Shown in pieces: positions 37,064-44,989 of a stretch of 44,989 nt of DNA. How positions within the stretch are numbered: the stretch's first letter is position 1; each line of letters opens with the position of its first letter. The stretch spans positions 1 to 44,989 of the forward strand of contig JBBQRQ010000037.1 in the NCBI GenBank assembly GCA_038214755.1, read 5' to 3'. The notes under the pieces are model-generated. The model ran no database searches. It worked only from the letters and a program-made list of their open reading frames with translations, and had not been told where the DNA came from. The translations under genes were made by a program, and so were the position numbers. This DNA is from Verrucomicrobiota bacterium (GTDB taxonomy: Bacteria; Verrucomicrobiota; Verrucomicrobiia; Limisphaerales; CANJXF01).

Positions 37064-37180
37064 GGCCGACTTTTAGCATTCGTTAGAAATGAAGCGAGCA
37101 GTTAACTTGCAGCCGCTTCTTTGAATAACTCATCGAGGTCGAGCGGGCGCGTAAACATGGCCTGAAATCCCGCTCGTTTT

Positions 37181-37969
37181 TCAAATCCCGTCGCCTTCTT
37201 TCATGAGCGCGCCTTCCTGCCGAAACTGTTTCAATTCTGCGATGATGTCGCGCCAATAAAGACGATCAGCTTGTTGCAACGCGCCGATTCGACGTTGCAT
37301 CTGGACTGTGATTTTTCCCTGAATGTCCTCGGAGACGGACTGCTCTAACGCAATCTGTTGGCCAAATATTTTAAAATCCTCCGATTCGTCCTCGATGAAT
37401 TGGACCGCGCCCGGATGTTCTTCAAAAAATGCGCGCAACGCCGTGAGCGTGAAAATGTTTTCCAATGCCCAACGAAAATCCTCCGGTGCCTTCAAACATC
37501 CGGGTTGGTCGAACCAAGCGAGGGCGAGGTTGCTGATAATCGGATAATCTTCCAACCGTTGCGTCTTTTTGATTTCAACCAATTCCTTCAAACCAATCGT
37601 GTGGATTTTTCCCCATTCACTTTCCATCCATTGCGCGCAAGCAGCAGCGGTTTCAAATGCGCCAACACGAGGTGGAGCGCCCATCACGTCGAGAAAGATT
37701 TCCTGCCCCGAATCACCGGACAAAATGAAATGGAAACCGTGGCCGCGCCTCAGGTTCTCGACGGTGAATGACGGCGTAAGTTTGTAGTACCGCGCGCCAC
37801 AGGAGCTGAGGACATTTAGAAATGCTTCGCAATTGCCCGGCGTTGGATTAATCCAAAGATCAATGTCTTCAGAAAAAGTCGCCGCACCATAGAGCACAGT
37901 CGCTTGCCCGCTGATGAGCAAATAATCGACGTCTCGGGAATTAAGGTTTTGGAAAAAGTTTGCGATCAT
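37181..37969 (-). CDS. Nucleotidyltransferase-like protein (DNA pol beta superfamily)
   Basis: YLLISGQATVLYG...SEDIDLW (GG..DxD-like), LDV, L...KK..R..D. Confidence 0.7.
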   Translation of the reverse strand: MIANFFQNLNSRDVDYLLISGQATVLYGAATFSEDIDLWINPTPGNCEAFLNVLSSCGARYYKLTPSFTVENLRRGHGFHFILSGDSGQEIFLDVMGAPPRVGAFETAAACAQWMESEWGKIHTIGLKELVEIKKTQRLEDYPIISNLALAWFDQPGCLKAPEDFRWALENIFTLTALRAFFEEHPGAVQFIEDESEDFKIFGQQIALEQSVSEDIQGKITVQMQRRIGALQQADRLYWRDIIAELKQFRQEGALMKEGDGI

Positions 37970-38141
37970 GCACAGCGCGGAGGTTGGGCAAACGAGAACG
38001 CATTTCCCAACTGCGACGCAAACGTTCCGCCGGAGTCAGCTTTCGCCAGACAGCGGCTTTGTAAGGAGATTGAGTTTCGCTTAGATAAAAAGGGGTAGCT
38101 GCATCGCTTGCGCCATTTTCACCAATTACAGGCTTGCCCAT
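37941..38141 (-). CDS. Small helical protein, possible antitoxin partner of the NTase
   Basis: WRKLTPAERLRRSW motif typical of small genes upstream of such NTases; overlaps both neighbours; start uncertain. Confidence 0.6.
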   Translation of the reverse strand: MGKPVIGENGASDAATPFYLSETQSPYKAAVWRKLTPAERLRRSWEMRSRLPNLRAVHDRKLFPKP

Positions 38142-38320
38142 GCGGCGTCCTCCTCTGGCATGTTCCAATCTTCGACGAGCGCGGATTCGCTCAAAAGCAA
38201 ACCGTTGAAAGATTCTTCATCACGCTTGAGCCGAAGGAAGCGGGCAAAATCATAGACTTCGCGTTGCAACGTTTCTGGCAACTTCGTCACTTCGTTTTCA
38301 ATCAGGTCACGCGCGCTCAT
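38126..38320 (-). CDS. DUF2281 family antitoxin-like protein
   Basis: LPETLQREVYDFARFL and LSESAL.EDW..PEEDAAW.SL. Confidence 0.85.
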   Translation of the reverse strand: MSARDLIENEVTKLPETLQREVYDFARFLRLKRDEESFNGLLLSESALVEDWNMPEEDAAWASL

Positions 38321-38367
38321 GGATTTCTTATCGCATGTTTGAGTCTTGGTGTAAACGAGAGAGGTTG

Positions 38368-38442
38368 GTAGGGCGCGTCAAAACCTGCGCGCCGGATTCA
38401 TATCTTTCCAAGCGACCGCGCGCACGGAGTGACGCGCCCTAC
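38368..38442. repeat. REPIN, GTAGGGCGCGTCAC family
   Basis: GTAGGGCGCGTCA..TGCGCGC / GCGCGCACGGAGTGACGCGCCCTAC; same family as 31431-31490. Confidence 0.85.
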
Positions 38443-38478
38443 CGTGAATCGCTTAGACACAGCCGCGCTCACGGCTTT

Positions 38479-39534
38479 TTATTTCTCCCGCGTCTGAAAA
38501 GTTTTTTTGTGTCCAGTAGCTGGAATTGAAACCGTATAAGCTTTGCCCGAAGGCTCGACGGAAAGTTTGATGTAATTGCCATCGCATTTCTCATCGAGGT
38601 TCGCAATCAATTCGTCAGAGGTGTTGTTCTCGCGGTCCTCGCGAATGTTTTTATGCACTTGATACATCGCCTGAATGCCCAGCGAAGATTTCAGCGCGTC
38701 GAGAGTGGATTTGGCCGTGCCTTTGCGCGGGCCATTGTTCATCACGGAAACCGTCGGCGCGAGGCTATGGATGAGCAGCGGGTTGTTGCTCGCGTCGAGG
38801 CCGTGATGATTCACCTGGTAAACATCCACCTGCCCCACGCGATTGGTCGGGCAAACCAGTTCCTTTTCCACGTTCCACGAGAGATCGCCGCCGTCGAAAA
38901 ATCGGAACGCGCCATAGTCGAGGACCAGCGCGATGCTGTTGGCGTTGTCGGTGGTGTCGATGGGTTTCGTTGTTCCCTCCGCGCAAATCGGATTCGCTTT
39001 GGCATCGGCTGGCGGTGAAACAAATTTTTGTTTCGCCGCGACACAACGGAGTGTGAGCTTCGGCCCGCTCGATTGTTTCAACGGAATTTTATCGCCGGGA
39101 CGAAGAACGTTCCGCTTGTCCGCTTTGAAATCGCGATACGGTTGGCTGGCTTTTCGCCAGAACGCATCGTCCGGCCGTTGGTCAGGATCTTTTTCAGGAA
39201 TTCCATTGTCGTAAACCTGTCCGATGGGAATTAACGCCGCCAGCTCCCCTGCCCCGCCGAAATGATCGATGTGAAAATGGGTCGTGACGTAATGATCAAT
39301 TTTCTTTAGCCCGGCAATTTCCGTCGCCGTTTTGTGAATGCGTGTCGAGTCGCGCATTCCCGGATTGCCCGAATCGATCAGGATGGATTCGCGCGCGGGC
39401 GTGACAATCAACGTCGCGCCGCCGCCTTCCACATCGATCCAATAAATATCCAACGTGGCTTCCTCGGCGTTGACGCGAAGGCTTACGAAAAGGCAAAACA
39501 GGAACAAACAGAATTCTCGGAAAAACTTTTTCAT
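38479..39534 (-). CDS. Secreted MBL-fold metallo-hydrolase (ComEC/Rec2-like)
   Basis: Signal peptide, [32 protein letters not shown]. Confidence 0.88.
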   Translation of the reverse strand: MKKFFREFCLFLFCLFVSLRVNAEEATLDIYWIDVEGGGATLIVTPARESILIDSGNPGMRDSTRIHKTATEIAGLKKIDHYVTTHFHIDHFGGAGELAALIPIGQVYDNGIPEKDPDQRPDDAFWRKASQPYRDFKADKRNVLRPGDKIPLKQSSGPKLTLRCVAAKQKFVSPPADAKANPICAEGTTKPIDTTDNANSIALVLDYGAFRFFDGGDLSWNVEKELVCPTNRVGQVDVYQVNHHGLDASNNPLLIHSLAPTVSVMNNGPRKGTAKSTLDALKSSLGIQAMYQVHKNIREDRENNTSDELIANLDEKCDGNYIKLSVEPSGKAYTVSIPATGHKKTFQTREK

Positions 39535-39557
39535 AAAAATGGGTGGGTGTGTGCTTC

Positions 39558-40403
39558 TTAAAAATCTGTATCAGCTTTTTCCAAATTAATCTCTTTAATC
39601 CACGCGTTGCGGAATCGCACATCGTGGCCTTCGCATTGCAACTTCAGCCCGCCCGGAATGTCAGTAATTCCTTTTCCCTCGTCGTTGCCGCCATCGATCC
39701 CAGAGTTTGCGCCACCCCAGACCTGATTGATCGTTTGATTCATGTGAACCTTGATGCCGTTGAAATACATCGTGAGCATCGCTTTCTCGATGACTTTGCC
39801 GTCCTTAAAACGTGCCGCGCGAAAATTGATGTCGTAAGCATTCCATTGTCTTAGCCCGTTGTAAGCGTGATACGGCGACTCAGTTTCGTTGATCACCGCG
39901 CCCATGCCGTGCTTGGTTTTGTCGCCGTCGAAGATCTGAATCTCGTAACGGTTCTGGAGATACACACCGCTGTTGCCGCGTTCGTTCATGATGAGAAATT
40001 CGATATGCAGCCGAAAATCGCGATACGCTTTTTTCGTTACAATGTCCGCCGTGCCGTATTTTCCCCCAACGGCGACGGGATCATCGGTCATGAGAACAGT
40101 GTCTTTGTCCACCGGGTCTTCGACAATTTTCCATTTGATGGGCAGCGATGAACCGAAACGCGGCCCGGCCCAATAAGTCCATTTCTCGTCGAGCATTTTG
40201 CGAGAACCATCAAGAATAACTTCCGCGCCGGAAATCGGTTTCGCTCCAACGCCAACGTGATTTTTTTGGAGCGACTTAATTTCTTTGGCCGAAAGTTGGG
40301 CAATGACGCGATTGGAATTGGTTGCCTGATTCGCGGATTGCCCGAGGGCAACGACCATAGAAACAATCACCATCGAAAGCGTGAAGGAAAAAAGTTTTGT
40401 CAT
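39558..40403 (-). CDS. DUF1080 (3-keto-disaccharide hydrolase family) protein
   Basis: [45 protein letters not shown]. Confidence 0.9.
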   Translation of the reverse strand: MTKLFSFTLSMVIVSMVVALGQSANQATNSNRVIAQLSAKEIKSLQKNHVGVGAKPISGAEVILDGSRKMLDEKWTYWAGPRFGSSLPIKWKIVEDPVDKDTVLMTDDPVAVGGKYGTADIVTKKAYRDFRLHIEFLIMNERGNSGVYLQNRYEIQIFDGDKTKHGMGAVINETESPYHAYNGLRQWNAYDINFRAARFKDGKVIEKAMLTMYFNGIKVHMNQTINQVWGGANSGIDGGNDEGKGITDIPGGLKLQCEGHDVRFRNAWIKEINLEKADTDF

Positions 40404-40521
40404 AAGTCGTACTTTAAGAATTTATGTTGACGCATTGCGGGAATAGTTTGAGGCGAAACTCAGGAAAGATAAATCGCAATTTATTCCGCTCGGTCGGACC
40501 AACTCCTTCCAACGCTCACTG

Positions 40522-40669
40522 GGGCGCATCTTGACCCAACCACCCAAAGTAGTGGGGCAGACATCCTGTCTGCCAGCCCCAGCATTCGCGGGCAAGATGC
40601 CCGCGCAGACAGGCTGGAAGCCTGCCCCACTCCATTTGATTGGAGTGGTGGTGGTGTCGAGACGCGCCC
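40522..40669. mobile_element. MITE-like shell containing a REPIN (40551-40631)
   Basis: GGGCGCATCTTGACCCAACCACC / GGTGGTGGTGTCGAGACGCGCCC; core AGTGGGGCAGACATCCTGTCTG...CAGGCTGGAAGCCTGCCCCACT. Confidence 0.7.
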
Positions 40670-40768
40670 GGCTCAATGGTCGCTCTGCGGAAATTCTTTA
40701 CAAGAGTCGGGTGCTGTAATTATTTCGCGCATCACTTTTAACTAATTGGCCAGTAGCTTTTCCATCCA

Positions 40769-42529
40769 ATGAAATTTTATATTAACGTTCGCACTTTTGT
40801 TTTGGCATTTTTTATCACCGCAAATTTGCTGGCTCACGCAGCCGATGACTATCTTCCAGGGCCGGATTCCAAACCGCAAGAGGGCGTGCCGAAAGGCGAA
40901 CTTCTCAAATTTACTTTTGAGAAATCAAAAAAATTTCCCGGCGCCACGCGCGAGGTGAATGTTTATGTCCCCGCGCAATACGATTCTTCCAAACCGGCGT
41001 GTCTCTACGTCAATCAGGACGGAGTGCAGTGGAATGCGCCCGTCGTCTTCGACAACTTGATTCACAAAAAAGAAGTGCCGGTGACCATCGGCGTGTTCGT
41101 GATGCACGGGCGTGTGAAAGCAGCAGACACCAATGCCCTCGATCGATTCAATCGCAGCTACGAATACGACGGGCTGGGCGACAATTACGTTCGTTTTCTG
41201 GTGGAAGAACTTTTGCCCGAAGTCGAAACGAAAAAAACTTCTGACGGGCGCGCGATTCGCTTTTCTAAAGACCCGAATGACCACGGCATTGGCGGTTCGA
41301 GCAGCGGCGCGATTTGCGCGTTCACAGCAGCGTGGGAACGGCCTGATGCTTTTCGTCGCGTGTTCAGCGCGGTCGGAACTTACGTCGGGTTGCGCGGCGG
41401 AAACGAATATCCCACTTTGATTCGCAAGTCCGAGCCAAAGCCGCTTCGCGTTTTTTTGCAGGACGGTTCAAACGATCTCAACATTTACGCGGGCGATTGG
41501 TGGATGGCCAATCAGAGCATGGAACGCTCGCTGACCTTTGCGGGTTACGAAGTCGAACACGCCTGGGGCGATGGCATGCACAGCGGAAAACATGGTACCG
41601 CGATTTTTCCCGATGTGATGCGCTGGCTCTGGAAAGATTGGCCGCAACCGGTGAAAGCGGGCGTGTCTAAAAATGCCGCGCTCGAAGCGATTTTGATTCC
41701 TGGCAACGAATGGCAACTCGTGAGCGAAGGATACAAATTCACGGAGGGCGCTGCGGTTAATTCTAAAGGCGAAGTTTTCTTCAATGATATTCCTGCCAGC
41801 AAAACCTACAAAATTACGCTCGACGGAAAGGTGACTGAGTTCATCGCCGATTCAAAAAAAGCGAACGGACAACACTTTGGTCCCGATGGGCGGCTCTACG
41901 TCGTCGCGACCGCTGAACCGAAAATTCTCGCCTACGATGCGGAGGGAAAAGCGTCTGTCATCGCCGAAGGAATTTCCGGCAACGATCTTGTCGTCGCGCA
42001 CAATGGAAATATTTACGTCACGCATCCGCGCGCGAACAGTCCCGAATCGAGCAGCGTCTGGCTGGTTCGCCCCGACGGAACGAAGAAAGTCGTTGATACA
42101 GGTTTGCGTTTTGCAAATGGGGTGACGCTTTCGCCGGACCAATCGTTGCTCTACGTGGCGGATTCTCGTTCGCATTGGATTTACAGTTACCAAATTCAAC
42201 CCGACGGCGCGCTCCAGAACAAACAACGTTATTATTGGCTGCATCGCGCTGACCATGCCGAGGACAGCGGCGCTGATGGAATGCGCGTTGATCGCGAAGG
42301 GCGACTTTATGTGGCCACGCGAATGGGAATTCAAATCTGCGACCAGGCGGGACGAGTGAATGCGATTCTGCCGACGCCAAACCGCCGCAGTTCGAATCTT
42401 TGTTTTGGCGGAGAAAATTTTGACACGCTGTTCGTCACGGCGGGCGATAAAGTTTTCAAACGAAAGTTAAAGTCGCAAGGAGCGCAAGCGTGGGACCTTC
42501 CGAACAAACCCCCGACGCCGCGTTTGTAA
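40769..42529 (+). CDS. Esterase (Fes-like alpha/beta hydrolase) fused to an SMP-30/gluconolactonase beta-propeller
   Basis: VYVPAQYD, GGSSSGA nucleophile elbow; FTEG, ANGVTLSPD, ADGMRVD.EG.LYVAT. Confidence 0.9.
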   Translation: MKFYINVRTFVLAFFITANLLAHAADDYLPGPDSKPQEGVPKGELLKFTFEKSKKFPGATREVNVYVPAQYDSSKPACLYVNQDGVQWNAPVVFDNLIHKKEVPVTIGVFVMHGRVKAADTNALDRFNRSYEYDGLGDNYVRFLVEELLPEVETKKTSDGRAIRFSKDPNDHGIGGSSSGAICAFTAAWERPDAFRRVFSAVGTYVGLRGGNEYPTLIRKSEPKPLRVFLQDGSNDLNIYAGDWWMANQSMERSLTFAGYEVEHAWGDGMHSGKHGTAIFPDVMRWLWKDWPQPVKAGVSKNAALEAILIPGNEWQLVSEGYKFTEGAAVNSKGEVFFNDIPASKTYKITLDGKVTEFIADSKKANGQHFGPDGRLYVVATAEPKILAYDAEGKASVIAEGISGNDLVVAHNGNIYVTHPRANSPESSSVWLVRPDGTKKVVDTGLRFANGVTLSPDQSLLYVADSRSHWIYSYQIQPDGALQNKQRYYWLHRADHAEDSGADGMRVDREGRLYVATRMGIQICDQAGRVNAILPTPNRRSSNLCFGGENFDTLFVTAGDKVFKRKLKSQGAQAWDLPNKPPTPRL

Positions 42530-42550
42530 AAGTAAATGGTTTCGTCAGTC

Positions 42551-42620
42551 GTAGCCGCCGACGTGAGGAGGCGGATTCGTCCTTTTAAAATGAAGTCCGC
42601 CTCCTCACGTCGGCGGCTAC
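42551..42620. repeat. REPIN, GTAGCCGCCGACGT family, between convergent genes
   Basis: Perfect 25-bp arms GTAGCCGCCGACGTGAGGAGGCGGA. Confidence 0.92.
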
Positions 42621-42636
42621 GGTCAACCAACACGCT

Positions 42637-44115
42637 TCACTGCGAGGTTGGCTTGCTCAAACCTTCCTCGCGCGTTTTGGAAAGCAACGCGCGAAGTTCT
42701 TTCACCACTTGCGGATTTTCCATGGCAACATTTTTCGTTTCTCCAGGATCTGTTTCGAGATTGAACAACTCATCTTTCGCCGGTGATTCCTTGCTCGCTT
42801 TTACCATGCGCTTTTCGCCTTTCGCGCCGCGCGGCTTGAACTTTGGCGGGTTCTCGCGCTCGATCAATTTCCACGGACCTTTGCGGATGGCGTAATTGGC
42901 CGAGGCGTCTTGCAGCACAATGAAGTTGCGCGCCGGTTTTCCTTTGCCGAAAAAAGAACTGCTGACATCAAAACTGTCCTCCGCATTGCCACGCGGAATT
43001 TTTGTTTTCAAAACGCTGGCGAGCGTCGCGGCCATGTCGGTCATGCTCACGATGTCATCGCAGGTGGTGCCGGCAGGAACTTTTCCCGGCCAGCGAACAA
43101 GAAACGGTTCGCGAAAGCCGCCCTCCCAAATATCGTGTTTGCCGCCGCGCAAAGGTCCGTTGATTTTCAAGCCAGCTTTCATCGCAGCGCTGGCGTTCGG
43201 ATTCTGTTCGCGCGCCACGCCGCCGTTGTCGCTAGTGAAAATGACGAGCGTGTTTTCGGTCAGCTTGTTTTTGTCGAGCACCTCGAGGATTTGTCCCGCT
43301 GCCCAATCGAGTTCCTGAATGAAGTCGCCGTATTTGCCAAACTTGCTTCCGCTAAAATCTGCGGTCGGAACAATCGGCTCGTGGACGGCGTTCGGCGCGA
43401 AATAAAGAAAAAATGGTTGCGCCTTGTTGTCCTCGATCCATTGCACGCATTTCTTTACGAGTGTTGGCATGACCGCTTCAGCGCTTGCGTCAACTGGAGC
43501 AGCGAAATCTTTTTTTTGTTTCTTATTTTCCTTCTTGGTTTTGTCGGGCGCACCGCCCTCGCGATCCAGCATCTTTTCATTCTGGATATAGATGGGTGGC
43601 GGATTGCCAATGTTCGCTGGGAGGCCGAAAAAATAATCGAATCCAACGGAGAGCGGCCCCGGTTTGAGCGGCGCGGTGAAATCGGTTTTTTCGCCTGCGC
43701 CCAGACCGAGATGCCATTTCCCCACTGCGGCAGTTTTGTAACCCTGACTTTTGGCGATTGACGCGAGAGTCGTGCGATTCGTCTCGATATGCAGCGGAGC
43801 GTTCGCCGGCAAAACCATTCCGTCTTTCACCGGAGTGCGCCAAAAATAGCGGCCCGTCATCAGGGCGTAACGGGTCGGCGAACAGACGGAGCCGGTCGCG
43901 TAAGCGTTCTTGAAAAGTCTTCCCTGCTTCGCGAGTCGATCCAGATTCGGCGTCGGCAAACCTTTTCCGCCGTAACAATTGACGCTGCCCCAGCCAAAGT
44001 CGTCGGCGAGAATGACGACGATGTTTGGCTGGTTCGTTTCAGCGGCGGGCAGATTGTTCTCCACCGAAATCAGAGCGAACGCAATCGTCACAAAAAATTT
44101 TAGAAACGTGTTCAT
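42637..44115 (-). CDS. Arylsulfatase (Cys-type)
   Basis: Signal peptide, PNIVVILADD.G, CSPTR, GKWHLG, FTSDNG, ELFNL. Confidence 0.94.
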   Translation of the reverse strand: MNTFLKFFVTIAFALISVENNLPAAETNQPNIVVILADDFGWGSVNCYGGKGLPTPNLDRLAKQGRLFKNAYATGSVCSPTRYALMTGRYFWRTPVKDGMVLPANAPLHIETNRTTLASIAKSQGYKTAAVGKWHLGLGAGEKTDFTAPLKPGPLSVGFDYFFGLPANIGNPPPIYIQNEKMLDREGGAPDKTKKENKKQKKDFAAPVDASAEAVMPTLVKKCVQWIEDNKAQPFFLYFAPNAVHEPIVPTADFSGSKFGKYGDFIQELDWAAGQILEVLDKNKLTENTLVIFTSDNGGVAREQNPNASAAMKAGLKINGPLRGGKHDIWEGGFREPFLVRWPGKVPAGTTCDDIVSMTDMAATLASVLKTKIPRGNAEDSFDVSSSFFGKGKPARNFIVLQDASANYAIRKGPWKLIERENPPKFKPRGAKGEKRMVKASKESPAKDELFNLETDPGETKNVAMENPQVVKELRALLSKTREEGLSKPTSQ

Positions 44116-44269
44116 CGCCGGAATAGAGCCTCAACAATCGCATCGGTTACAATTTTTTTTTCCGAACGATTCACTATTCGCGGAGAATCACTTCCGCGCG
44201 CCACGACGAAAGCCAAACTCAGTAGGCCCGCAAAAAAAAATAAAAAGGAATTTCACGATGATGTTTTCT

Positions 44270-44552
44270 GATTCCTCGACGTTTTCAGTGGAATAAAAGA
44301 GAGGACGTGGACAGGAGTCCCCGATCATTGGCCGATGACGCAAAGTTTTGGAGGCGGCAAATCGACCCTGTCGCGGACGGGGGGTGTAGGACTTGGCCCT
44401 CGCGTGAAGAGCGGTGGAGGGCCACCGCAGTCCAAGACGCTATCGCGCGGTTCATGCCTCATCAAAATCCGCGCGAGCGTCTCGGACTGCGGTGGCCCTC
44501 CACCGCTTTTGAGAAAGACAGATTTCTATTCCACTGAAAACGTCGAAGAACC
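44270..44552. mobile_element. ISL3-like MITE carrying a REP pair
   Basis: TIRs GATTCCTCGACGTTTTCAGTGGAATA / TATTCCACTGAAAACGTCGAAGAACC; flanks TGTTTTCT / TGTTTTTT (8 bp, 1 mismatch); inner pair 44407-44510. Confidence 0.78.
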
Positions 44553-44655
44553 TGTTTTTTTATCTCCATGTTTCGTCAGCGAGGGAAAGATTCGGTATTC
44601 GAAAACACCGATGAGTAGGTTTGACCCGCTGAATTTCTATTCCTAGTCTTTTCGC

Positions 44656-44769
44656 ATGACTTCATTCGGGGCGTATCTGGAAAAAATCAAAAAGAACCTC
44701 GCGCACGGCGACGCCACTGAGCACACGCATTGTCCCGCCATGAAAGAACTTTTGGAATCGATTGGTCAC
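44656..44769 (+). pseudogene. N-terminal remnant of a type IIG/ISP-like restriction-modification (N6 methylase) gene
   Basis: YLEKI....GDATEHTH.PA.KELLE resembles N-termini of such enzymes; similarity ends where repeat elements begin. Confidence 0.55.
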
Positions 44770-44969
44770 AGCGCGACGAAGCCGCAACCACGCCGGAGCG
44801 CCGGTTTGCAACCGGCTTGGCCACCGAACATTGACTCAAAGCCGGTTGCAAACCGGCGCTCCATCACGGGAAAAACTATTCTTCAGAGACTGCAATCATA
44901 TCGAACGTGACGCTTCGCCCGTTCCGGCCAACGCTTTTCACCAACGCCTTGGATGCGGCTGGCGCGCGT
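44770..44969. mobile_element. AGCGCG..AAGCCGCAACCA-bounded shell containing a GGAGCGCCGG REPIN (44795-44862)
   Basis: Left end matches 31219-31240; degenerate inverted copy TTGGATGCGGCTGGCGCGCG at 44949; core matches the outer arms of 28608-28740. Confidence 0.65.
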
Positions 44970-44989
44970 TTTGGATCGTAAAATTGTGG

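Noticed and set aside
38333..38464. Possible TIR shell (GCATGTTTGAG / CTTAGACACAGC) around the 38368 REPIN
   Set aside because: The match is too short and degenerate to support

Overview
A gene-dense bacterial chromosomal segment. Gene content (PSCyt/DUF1549/DUF1553 + DUF1501 pair, sulfatases, DUF1080, RRM protein) points to the PVC superphylum, most likely Verrucomicrobiota (inference). It carries feoA-feoA-feoB, an APC-USP transporter, a sigma54-type glnK-amtB-glnA cluster followed by a plant-PYD1-like preA and mmsA, aspS, prc, four tandem ElaB/YqjD-like genes, fumC, a TA-like triplet and several hydrolases. The most striking feature is a dense set of small palindromic mobile elements. One REP-associated tyrosine transposase (RAYT) is flanked by its cognate REPINs, and about ten further GTAG/GGAG-initiated REP-like families fill most intergenic gaps. 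These elements nest up to five layers deep, sit inside IS-type MITE shells (one ISL3-like with an 8-bp target duplication), are inserted in frame in two intact genes, supply stop codons to two genes, and border a patch of apparently foreign gene fragments. No rRNA, tRNA or CRISPR array was seen. All family calls come from motif recognition by eye, not database searches.
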